From IMG/VR virus record IMGVR_UViG_3300044970_001982, positions 1 to 64,000 of that record: a stretch of 64,000 nt of DNA; one strand, 5' to 3'. Source of the DNA: a virus. The notes beneath the pieces were generated by a model, which saw nothing but the letters and a program-made list of their open reading frames with translations, was not told the DNA's origin and ran no database searches. The translations under genes were made by a program, and so were the position numbers. This document shows, one piece after another, positions 26,566 to 34,687 of this stretch (position 1 is the stretch's first letter; each line of letters opens with the position of its first letter).

Positions 26566-28025
26566 TAATCAAATCCTTCTCCATTTAAAAGACTCTGAAG
26601 ATCTGTTTCTCTAGAATAAGAACTAGCAGTAACATGTTCATATTCTTCATAAATCTTTTTTTCGTCGTTATATCTAACTAGCGGCGGATCATACATAAAA
26701 GCAGATCCTGTTATTCTATTCTTAGGAATTTGCAATTGCATTACGTGCTCATCCTCTGTCTCATCTTCTGATATGAGTCTTTTTTCTGTAATAAATATTG
26801 TTACAGCACACTTTTGTTGAATAGCCAAAGACCCACCAGTATCTGACTGTTGTACAACTTCTCTTTTTTCTTTCATTCTATTAGCGTTTTCTTGAGCTGT
26901 AATAATCAATACGCAATCCATATCTCTGGCTAGTTTTTCTAATCTAACCATCATTTCTTCAAACTCGCCCCATCTAGGCTTACCCTTGCCATTTCCTCTG
27001 GTAAACATTGACTGTATAGTATCTATTATTACTACATCGGGTATTTTATCTGCGTGTCCGATTAGATCTCTCAACCAAAACTCTAGATCTTCAAAGTATG
27101 GAGTATCCGGATCATGGCGAACCATCAATCTGTCCCCCCACTGCTCAAGCTTCTTTTTAAAAGTCTGCAAATAAGATTGCTTCTCTGGCTCTGACCACTT
27201 ATCTGATTCAGAATAAACATTCTTTCCAATTATCTGAGTCATTAGGATTCTCTCCCAATGGCCTATTGCTTCCTCAAAATTAACATATAGAACTCTATAG
27301 CCATTATCTAGCCAATTATTCGCTAGGCATTTAGCAAATGTACTTTTGCCCTTGCCAGAGGGAGCAATTATTGCATGAACTGCACCCTTAAAGAAGCCAC
27401 CATCATCAGTGTATCCCATTGCTCTATTTAAGGATTTAAATTGAGTTGGAACAAAACTGGGTATATCTAGAAGCTTATCTGCTCTACCCAAAATATCGCT
27501 AGCAGTTGTTAACTTATCAAATGGATTATATTTAATAAGATTTTCTAGCTCTTTTATTTCTGAAGTTATTTCGCCAATTCTAGAAATATCTTCCTGAGTC
27601 TTTAAACCCTTTTTACTAAGCAGGATTTGAAGCTCCTGCAGATAATTAATCTGCTTTCTTTTATTAGCCTTATACTTCAATAATTCAACTAAGGATTCTT
27701 TATCGCTAGTCTCTAAATCCTGAATGTATTGAAGCATTATTGTTACACGGGGACTACCGCCCAACGCCTCATGAATATCTGTTTCTGACTCTAGCCAAGA
27801 CTTAAACGCTATTGAGTCTACATAATCCAGATTTGTGGCTTTATGAAAAGCTAATAAAGCTTCATAAAACTCATTAACACCTTTATCACCATGAATTGTT
27901 CCAACAATATCTGTTGATAGATTTTCGCTGAAATAGTTAATTGCCCCTTTTTCTTTAAAGCATAGGGAGAACACCTGATACTCTAAAGGGCTATCTTCCA
28001 TTTCATGGAGATCTTCTTTTATCAT
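26565..28025 (-). CDS. dnaB: DnaB-like SF4 replicative helicase
   Basis: APSGKGKST Walker A, NFEE, IIDTIQ, TAQENA, KNR. Confidence 0.85.
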   Translation of the reverse strand: MIKEDLHEMEDSPLEYQVFSLCFKEKGAINYFSENLSTDIVGTIHGDKGVNEFYEALLAFHKATNLDYVDSIAFKSWLESETDIHEALGGSPRVTIMLQYIQDLETSDKESLVELLKYKANKRKQINYLQELQILLSKKGLKTQEDISRIGEITSEIKELENLIKYNPFDKLTTASDILGRADKLLDIPSFVPTQFKSLNRAMGYTDDGGFFKGAVHAIIAPSGKGKSTFAKCLANNWLDNGYRVLYVNFEEAIGHWERILMTQIIGKNVYSESDKWSEPEKQSYLQTFKKKLEQWGDRLMVRHDPDTPYFEDLEFWLRDLIGHADKIPDVVIIDTIQSMFTRGNGKGKPRWGEFEEMMVRLEKLARDMDCVLIITAQENANRMKEKREVVQQSDTGGSLAIQQKCAVTIFITEKRLISEDETEDEHVMQLQIPKNRITGSAFMYDPPLVRYNDEKKIYEEYEHVTASSYSRETDLQSLLNGEGFD

Positions 28026-28662
28026 TTAGTTTTTTTTCCTTAATTTTTTGATATAGATTTTTTTTGTATTCAGAGTTTCTTTTTTTTGCTTCTAAATAAA
28101 ATGGATTTTGTTTGATTGACTTTTTGAATGAGACATCTTTTGGAATGTGTTCGCTGTCCCTAATTGCTTCCAATATTCTATCATAAACACTGTCTTCTGT
28201 TAGGGAGTCGTTGTAGCGAAAAACGACTAATGCAATGCCATTATCTTTGCAGTATTGGACTTTTTTAGCGTCTCTTTTTTGAGCTTCTAAAAACTCATAC
28301 TTAGATTCAAAGAATCTACTAGTGTAATAAAAGTGTTGTCTTCCGTGATACTCGGCTGCAATTTTATAAGTAGGGCAATAAACATCAAACTTTAACCTAT
28401 CACCTATATGATATTCATTAACAATTTCTTCTCCAGGAAGAAGTTTTTTCATAATAGAGGTTAGAGCTGTTTGTCCTCTAGACATTTTTCTTCTAGAGTT
28501 TTTTAACCAATTTAATCCAAGTTGATTTATTTTTTTATTGACGTCAGAAACATTGACGTCAATTTCTTTAGCAATGTCTGCAATGGACATGTTGGTGTCC
28601 ATTAATAAATCAATAAGAAATTCTATATCATCTTCTTCAAACTTTTTATTACTTGATGACAT
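28003..28662 (-). CDS. HTH plus PD-(D/E)XK/Vsr-like endonuclease
   Basis: SIADIAKEI HTH; FDVY..AAEYHGRQHF..RDAKK..C..NGI; probable start 28662. Confidence 0.75.
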   Translation of the reverse strand: MSSSNKKFEEDDIEFLIDLLMDTNMSIADIAKEIDVNVSDVNKKINQLGLNWLKNSRRKMSRGQTALTSIMKKLLPGEEIVNEYHIGDRLKFDVYCPTYKIAAEYHGRQHFYYTSRFFESKYEFLEAQKRDAKKVQYCKDNGIALVVFRYNDSLTEDSVYDRILEAIRDSEHIPKDVSFKKSIKQNPFYLEAKKRNSEYKKNLYQKIKEKKLNDKRRSP

Positions 28663-28663
28663 A

Positions 28664-29299
28664 TCATGCTGGATTATATGTAGTCTTGCTAAGAGACAAA
28701 GTTTTGCCAAGATCTATAATTGACATATTTAGATTTTCCCAAACCTTTGACATTAAGGCTAAACCAAGAACTCCACAATCCATCAAGCAGTAATCTGCTC
28801 CGCCTTCAAACTCCGACAGCTGTGCATAGATGTTGTCTAACTTTTCGTAATAATTTGTGTAGGCAACGTTGATGACGTGAATGCTAGATCCAAAGTGTTT
28901 TTGGATTAGCTTTTTATCATGAAAACTAATAATAACACTTGGAGTATTTTTTACGAAATAGTTTACAGTACTTGTATAAATGTCTTTATTATTCATGTAA
29001 TAATATTCAAATATATTAGAATAATAATACTCTGCGTTTTTGTGTAGACCTATTTTATAGTGTTTGCCGTCTTCTATTTCTGGAACTAAAGTATGAGAAA
29101 TTGCTTTCATAACATTCTGCTCTGAGTTTTTCAGAGAAGCTACAACACTTTTGGCAAAATGACTAGGAAAAGAATTGTCTGCGTTTTTAGATAGCGCTAT
29201 GATTGAAGATTTGGGTACATTAATGTACGCAAACTTTTGCTTAGTATTCATAGCCAATGTTAACTTGGTTATGGATTGAGCTGGATTTAAACAAGTCAT
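28664..29299 (-). CDS. Putative GT-D-fold-like glycosyltransferase-related protein
   Basis: C-terminal NYYEKLD..LMDCGVLG..IIDLGKTL pattern; adjacent to a GT2 gene. Confidence 0.45.
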   Translation of the reverse strand: MTCLNPAQSITKLTLAMNTKQKFAYINVPKSSIIALSKNADNSFPSHFAKSVVASLKNSEQNVMKAISHTLVPEIEDGKHYKIGLHKNAEYYYSNIFEYYYMNNKDIYTSTVNYFVKNTPSVIISFHDKKLIQKHFGSSIHVINVAYTNYYEKLDNIYAQLSEFEGGADYCLMDCGVLGLALMSKVWENLNMSIIDLGKTLSLSKTTYNPA

Positions 29300-29309
29300 T
29301 TTATACCTT

Positions 29310-30002
29310 TCAGATGCCGAATGTTCCCCAGTTAATTAAAACTGGATCTTTATCAATAATAGAATTAATATGATTTAAATTGTGAAATTGACCACCATCA
29401 AGTTCTGAATATCTTTTATATTTAGCTAGTTTATCTTCATCATTAATATAGCCTAGGTGCTGCATAACTAAGCCTGACTCTATCCAGAAATTTCTCTGCT
29501 TAACCCAGTCTACTACGTATGTAGGTTCAGATCCACATGCTAACTTTCTATTAGCAAATCCTCCACCTTCAACAAATCTAAATATTCTAGAACTATTATT
29601 TGGAGTCCATAGTTTATCTACTCTATACTGCGTATCATTCCACATATGATAAAAGCGAACATTGACTACATCATATGGAGATGAAGCTAAAACTTTAGCT
29701 ATTTCTAAATTATCTATATGATATAACTTTTCGTCACAATCTATTGCAATAATCCAATCACCCTTTTTGGCAAACTTCTCCATATTTCCCCACGCATATG
29801 CGCGGAGCTTGCCCTCATGAGCTGCAAACAATGGCTCTGGAGTACGAAATACTTCTGCATATTTGGCAGCTATTTCTGGAGTGTTGTCGTCTGAACAATC
29901 ATCGGTAAAAATAATTTTATCTACTTGCGTAGATAGTCTTTCAAGTATATCTTCTAGAAATCTAGATGATTCATTTCTACCAATTACTTGTGCGTATATC
30001 AT
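29310..30002 (-). CDS. GT2 glycosyltransferase
   Basis: RNE..DDCSDDNT..WIIAIDCDE..HLGY. Confidence 0.85.
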   Translation of the reverse strand: MIYAQVIGRNESSRFLEDILERLSTQVDKIIFTDDCSDDNTPEIAAKYAEVFRTPEPLFAAHEGKLRAYAWGNMEKFAKKGDWIIAIDCDEKLYHIDNLEIAKVLASSPYDVVNVRFYHMWNDTQYRVDKLWTPNNSSRIFRFVEGGGFANRKLACGSEPTYVVDWVKQRNFWIESGLVMQHLGYINDEDKLAKYKRYSELDGGQFHNLNHINSIIDKDPVLINWGTFGI

Positions 30003-30021
30003 AATCTAATCCTATCTGAAA

Positions 30022-30054
30022 AATGGTTTGAGGGGGATTACTCCCCCTCGCACC
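30022..30054 (-). terminator. Hairpin, probable terminator
   Basis: GAGGGGGA-GTAA-TCCCCCTC with downstream TTTT on the minus strand. Confidence 0.55.
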
Positions 30055-30078
30055 TAGCTTACGTCAGTATTTTGTATT

Positions 30079-30273
30079 TCAGCCAACGAGCTGCTCGTGT
30101 GCCTCTACGGCTGAGATGCGCTCAATCTCTACATCCTTGAAAATGAGCTCACCAGGAACACCGGCGGGGCGACGACCATTGCTCATTGCAATCTTCTCTG
30201 CCTGTGTCTTATTGTTAGCCTTCACGATAGCAGTTGTTGTTACTGTGAAATACTTGAACTTATTGTCTGACAT
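30079..30273 (-). CDS. Hypothetical protein
   Basis: 64-aa ORF with GAAAGG RBS. Confidence 0.65.
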   Translation of the reverse strand: MSDNKFKYFTVTTTAIVKANNKTQAEKIAMSNGRRPAGVPGELIFKDVEIERISAVEAHEQLVG

Positions 30274-30287
30274 TTCTAGCCTTTCGT

Positions 30288-30692
30288 TTATTTTGTTGGA
30301 TAATTGCTTGCGATATATTCTATCGCATCTTGCATCGATGATGCAAGTTTTGTTGCCATATATTTCAAATAAACTCTATTTTTATTTGAATCACAGCAGA
30401 AAACTACTGCGGGTTGATTATTGAGTTTAGCCCAAGCCAACTCAAAATCAGTTCCTATATATGGACGATTTGGTATCATATATTCTACCAGAAGAATATC
30501 CGCTCTGCGTTGCATAAACAGATTTTTTTCTACAATTTCTTCTGGAGTTTCATACTCCTTGTCTGCAATAGTTGTTGGATCTAGAACATCGTATCCATTT
30601 AGATGGAGCAAGCCTGTTGCCTGCTTTCTCCAGTTTGATGCGTATGATCCAACTTCTTCTATTGCGCCTGACAAAAATACTTTAAGCGGCAT
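30288..30692 (-). CDS. Nucleoside 2-deoxyribosyltransferase / N-glycosidase family protein
   Basis: VFLSG..WR..DP..ADILLV..GTDFELAWA. Confidence 0.8.
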   Translation of the reverse strand: MPLKVFLSGAIEEVGSYASNWRKQATGLLHLNGYDVLDPTTIADKEYETPEEIVEKNLFMQRRADILLVEYMIPNRPYIGTDFELAWAKLNNQPAVVFCCDSNKNRVYLKYMATKLASSMQDAIEYIASNYPTK

Positions 30693-31101
30693 AGTTTGCT
30701 CCTGGCCAATAATATTCTAGATCATTGGGTTCATCAAAGAATTGTGAGTAGTAATCAGCGTCTTTGCGAAGAAGATTTGATCTATGAGATCTATGAAATA
30801 AATCGTTACCAAACCATGGTGGCATTACTACACTACCAGGCTCTATTTCTTCATATGACATATTGTTATTATATCCTCTACGAGTCCATTCACGAATAGT
30901 TATATTCTGATATAACTTCAAAGCTGACTCATAGCCAGTCCACATTATCGTGACTGGATGATTTCGCCAGCCTTTCGTAGGCGTTCTTTGAAGTAAAATA
31001 TTAAGAACTTGAAATGTTTCAACACGTTGTTTTCCTAGTCTACGATAGTCTAATACTTCTACTGATTTCTGAAAATCAGCATAAGGTAGAAATGTTTGCA
31101 C
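30682..31101 (-). CDS. Pyrimidine-dimer DNA glycosylase family (MSMEG_6728-like)
   Basis: GTG start, QTFLPY..LDYRRLGKQRVE..GWRNHP..MW..HRSHRSNLLRKD..YYWP. Confidence 0.85.
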   Translation of the reverse strand: MQTFLPYADFQKSVEVLDYRRLGKQRVETFQVLNILLQRTPTKGWRNHPVTIMWTGYESALKLYQNITIREWTRRGYNNNMSYEEIEPGSVVMPPWFGNDLFHRSHRSNLLRKDADYYSQFFDEPNDLEYYWPGANYAA

Positions 31102-31102
31102 T

Positions 31103-31501
31103 TTAGTCCTTCTTGAATTCTGTCCATGTCTTGTCGCCAACACCATAGTATTCTCTGGCTAATCCAGCAGCAACTATATCAGTGTTTAAGCAATTTCCGG
31201 CTTCGTTCCACACTTTAGCTAAAACTCTTCCATACTTTTCATTCTTATCAATGATTGTTTCTATCTTAACTCTGTGATTAGCGGCTGTCAACCATTGATC
31301 GGTAAATTCTTTTGCTGCTAATCCTTTTTGCTTTTCTTCGACATTAGAAGTTCTACTCTCTGGAGTGTTAACGCCATATAAGCGAACTCTACCTTTCTTG
31401 AGAACATCAAAGCCAAGATCAATGATAATATCAAATGTATCACCATCAATAACCTTTTTTACTTCTGCATTATATATCCATGGGTTTAACTTATCTGACA
31501 T
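31103..31501 (-). CDS. Staphylococcal-nuclease (thermonuclease)-like protein
   Basis: VIDGDT..DLGF..RVRLYGVNTPE..KYGRVL..GLA. Confidence 0.88.
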   Translation of the reverse strand: MSDKLNPWIYNAEVKKVIDGDTFDIIIDLGFDVLKKGRVRLYGVNTPESRTSNVEEKQKGLAAKEFTDQWLTAANHRVKIETIIDKNEKYGRVLAKVWNEAGNCLNTDIVAAGLAREYYGVGDKTWTEFKKD

Positions 31502-31502
31502 T

Positions 31503-32294
31503 CTAATCTCTTTCTATTCCTATGTAATCACATGCTTTTCTAAATATTTCTCTACTGACTGAAAATTTTGAATCAGCTTCTCCACCAACTGGTGATGACT
31601 TATGCCAACTATGACCTATGGATACGCTACCATCATAAACAACATTGTATCCACGATGTCTGGCAAAATATGAGCACCAAGTCTCTTCATAATAGTGAGG
31701 GGTTGGCAGAAATGCTCCTGTAGCGTTGGGGTATATTTCTCTATATTGAGGGTCATTTGTTAGAGAATCCCAAACCGATCTTCTGATAAAGTATGCTGAA
31801 CCAGACACTGTTACGCAGTTAACTCTATCTTTGTAAAGTAAATCTTTTGGATCGTGTTCTCTCCACGCCCTATGTTTTGGGGCAGTGTTACTTCCAATAA
31901 TTCCTGCGTGGGTTATGTGTCCAGCTTCGTCTCTTTGCTTTGGTCCAAGTATATGTATATCATTATTTTCAAGAAAAATATTTTCTATTTTAACCAGATC
32001 AGCGCTGCTCATCCATACATCTGAGTTTAAAAGAGCTATAATATCAGATTCTCCAGAAGCCGCTAACTGATTGCAGGCGGCAGAATATCCTATATTGTCA
32101 TTGTCATAGAATTTCTTTATTTTATATCTGCCATAATTATATTTTAACCAGTAAACACTATCATCTTTTGATCCATTATCCGCTATGTGCAAATTCCATA
32201 CCTTAGGCGTTTCATGAAGATCATGATGGAGACAGTCTAGAAACCTATTTAATAATGGCCTAGTGCCATAGTTTACTACGCAAAGATCTATCAA
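31503..32294 (-). CDS. GT2 glycosyltransferase (WbbL-like)
   Basis: VVNY..DNGSKD..NIGYSAACN..LLNSD..GSA..YYEE. Confidence 0.87.
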   Translation of the reverse strand: MIDLCVVNYGTRPLLNRFLDCLHHDLHETPKVWNLHIADNGSKDDSVYWLKYNYGRYKIKKFYDNDNIGYSAACNQLAASGESDIIALLNSDVWMSSADLVKIENIFLENNDIHILGPKQRDEAGHITHAGIIGSNTAPKHRAWREHDPKDLLYKDRVNCVTVSGSAYFIRRSVWDSLTNDPQYREIYPNATGAFLPTPHYYEETWCSYFARHRGYNVVYDGSVSIGHSWHKSSPVGGEADSKFSVSREIFRKACDYIGIERD

Positions 32295-32300
32295 ATTAAA

Positions 32301-32567
32301 TCACCACTTTACAACTGTTTTAAATGCTTCTGATGGACTAAATCCAAAGTCTACTAGGGTAAGAAATTCATCCTCTATATAATCTAGTTGATATGTGGGA
32401 TAAAATTCTATTAACCTATTTAAGTATTGGCCTATAGACGGATCTAATTCTTTTCTATCCAATTTTTTTCTAGAGTTTCTACTACCAATGCTAGCGCCCA
32501 AGATAAACATGAACGTTATAAACGCTAGTTTATCACCATTCTTCATAGTTCTCTTCGGAATTGTCAA
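32301..32567 (-). CDS. Hypothetical protein with N-terminal hydrophobic segment
   Basis: ORF track; start uncertain. Confidence 0.6.
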   Translation of the reverse strand: MTIPKRTMKNGDKLAFITFMFILGASIGSRNSRKKLDRKELDPSIGQYLNRLIEFYPTYQLDYIEDEFLTLVDFGFSPSEAFKTVVKW

Positions 32568-32766
32568 AATAGTTTTCGTATGCTTGATTACGGACCATAT
32601 CTGCTACTGCCCTAAAAGAATCTGAATATTCATCTTCCTGTTGAGTCGCTAAATAATCATAGGTTTCAGCTATATGTAAAGCTGTATCATAGTCTACAAC
32701 TATTGCCGTTTGACCATGAAGAAGTTTTACACTTAACTTCTTCTTATTATTCTGCTTCTTTGACAT
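32533..32766 (-). CDS. Hypothetical protein
   Basis: Probable start MSKKQNN at 32766. Confidence 0.6.
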   Translation of the reverse strand: MSKKQNNKKKLSVKLLHGQTAIVVDYDTALHIAETYDYLATQQEDEYSDSFRAVADMVRNQAYENYFDNSEENYEEW

Positions 32767-32965
32767 TATCTTCTTTCTCACTATCTATTTTATAAAATGA
32801 AATATTATCTGTATCTGGTTCAAATGTAATAAAAAATATATTCTTGTCTTCAGGTTTATATCCTTCTGGCGGTGGAGTTTCCACTGCTATCTTTTTAGAA
32901 GAACAACCATATACTTGACTGTGATTTTTGTAGATTACTACATAATTAAGCTTTGATGCCGGCAT
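32747..32965 (-). CDS. Hypothetical protein
   Basis: 72-aa ORF in operon. Confidence 0.6.
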   Translation of the reverse strand: MPASKLNYVVIYKNHSQVYGCSSKKIAVETPPPEGYKPEDKNIFFITFEPDTDNISFYKIDSEKEDNVKEAE

Positions 32966-33425
32966 TTTGTACCTGTATTACCTCAATATTGTTTTGTCTT
33001 AAGAATTTTTTTACATCTTCCCATTGTGCGTAAGCGGTGTCTGCCATATAGTATATTGTACTTACGGTTGAATTAGCTATTAGCTTTGCACAGGAATAAC
33101 AGGGTGGTCCATTTATGTATATTTTTTTTGCCCTAGCAGAATAATCTGAGTGAAGTAGAGCGTTTGCTTCTGCATGAATCGCTATGCAGTTATCATAGTT
33201 GGATCCGTTTTCTGAATTTTGCAACAGTCTTGGACAACCGCCATCTTCACAATGAGTTGAGTTTCTTGGGCCACCATTATACCCCATTCCAACTATATGA
33301 CCTAGCTCATCCACTAATACTGCAGCGTATTTTCTTTTGCCACATGTAGAGAATATCTTAGATGCCTCAATACAAAGTTGCATGTATTGCATATCTTTTC
33401 TAGATACGTCTGGATAAAATCTCAT
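32946..33425 (-). CDS. dCMP deaminase
   Basis: STC, GYNG, HAEANA, PPCYSC. Confidence 0.92.
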   Translation of the reverse strand: MRFYPDVSRKDMQYMQLCIEASKIFSTCGKRKYAAVLVDELGHIVGMGYNGGPRNSTHCEDGGCPRLLQNSENGSNYDNCIAIHAEANALLHSDYSARAKKIYINGPPCYSCAKLIANSTVSTIYYMADTAYAQWEDVKKFLRQNNIEVIQVQNAGIKA

Positions 33426-33580
33426 AATACAACACTGGCAGCTGCTAGTGCTCCAGTCATAAGGGCTAAGAATACTGCTAACGATCTTTGTCTGCTATTT
33501 TTTAAATTTTGATTTAGCATTTGCATACTTATAGACCAGTTAATTAGAACTGTAAAAACAACTATTCTGAATATATCCAT
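33422..33580 (-). CDS. 52-aa two-TM protein (not in ORF track)
   Basis: MDIFRIVVFTVLINWS...AVFLALMTGALAAASVVL; coupled to neighbours on both sides. Confidence 0.6.
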   Translation of the reverse strand: MDIFRIVVFTVLINWSISMQMLNQNLKNSRQRSLAVFLALMTGALAAASVVL

Positions 33581-34302
33581 TACTGCGTTTTCGTTAAGAG
33601 TTGAATTGAAACAGGGAACTTTTCCATTGCAAGAATACTAACTGCTTTAGCGTAGTCTTGTATTTCTTTTTGAGAATCTTCAGCCAATCTCTGACTTAGA
33701 AATAGGGCTACAGATTGCAAGCTACAAGACCACCTATATACCACGTGCATGGCATATGCTGGTAAAAACAGTCTAGCCTGCTCTGGTGCAACACCATTCT
33801 GCATGGCCATACTATATAGGGCTTCTCCCTGTTTAATATAATCTTGCAGTTCTTGTGTAATCAGAGATCCAGTCCATGGATCTATTGGACCGCCAGATCC
33901 CTGCTTCTTGTTGTCGGGGGCTAATCTCCACTGCTCACTTGTTGGTATATAAAATTCAGGTTCCATTGTTATGTATCTTCTACTAGATTCATTCCAGGAA
34001 TCCATGGTGTGATCTGAACCAACAACATATTTCCAGTGTTGACGTGCAACCATTAATGGAGCTTTAAATTCAAATGTCATAAAAGCATGTCTAAACGGCG
34101 ACATATGGTTTTCTCTAACCAAAAACTCTAGAAGTCTACCATCTTGAACAGACATTTCTTTTGACTCTTTTGCAAAAGAAGCCCTAGCAGCGTTGACTAC
34201 AGATAGGTCTGATCCCATCCAGTCAACTAATCTTACATATCCATTGTTCAATACTGTTATGATTCTATCTTCAGTAAAATCCGTCTCCGGTATCATCTTC
34301 AT
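33580..34302 (-). CDS. thyX: Flavin-dependent thymidylate synthase
   Basis: GSDLSVVNAARAS, H.SPF.H, ARQ..WNESSRRY, EQARLFLP, QKEI. Confidence 0.92.
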   Translation of the reverse strand: MKMIPETDFTEDRIITVLNNGYVRLVDWMGSDLSVVNAARASFAKESKEMSVQDGRLLEFLVRENHMSPFRHAFMTFEFKAPLMVARQHWKYVVGSDHTMDSWNESSRRYITMEPEFYIPTSEQWRLAPDNKKQGSGGPIDPWTGSLITQELQDYIKQGEALYSMAMQNGVAPEQARLFLPAYAMHVVYRWSCSLQSVALFLSQRLAEDSQKEIQDYAKAVSILAMEKFPVSIQLLTKTQ

Positions 34303-34666
34303 CCTCTATGTTCATCATATCATCATGATCATCTTCATCACAATCTTCATCTATTATAGCAAGTTCTACAAATTTATCCTGCATACAATCGTTGAAATCT
34401 TCTGATATTTTGTATATTGACGCTATCAACTCAGCAACCTCTCCCTCTGGATCCTTTAATAAACTTTCGTCTTGAAGGATTGATAGTATAATCTCACTTA
34501 TATGAGATACGCAGTCAGAAAGAGATTGCTGAACCAATACCAATTCTTTAATACCAAGTGTTATGTCAGATTTATAAGTTTCAGACATGTTTTTTAAATC
34601 TTCCGAATTAACTATTTCGGAAAATATTTTTTCAAAATCTTCGTTATCAAAGTTTTCTTTTGACAT
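34271..34666 (-). CDS. Acidic hypothetical protein
   Basis: 131-aa ORF with AAGGA RBS. Confidence 0.65.
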   Translation of the reverse strand: MSKENFDNEDFEKIFSEIVNSEDLKNMSETYKSDITLGIKELVLVQQSLSDCVSHISEIILSILQDESLLKDPEGEVAELIASIYKISEDFNDCMQDKFVELAIIDEDCDEDDHDDMMNIEDEDDTGDGFY

Positions 34667-34687
34667 TGGGCGTCCTTTATCGTTAGA

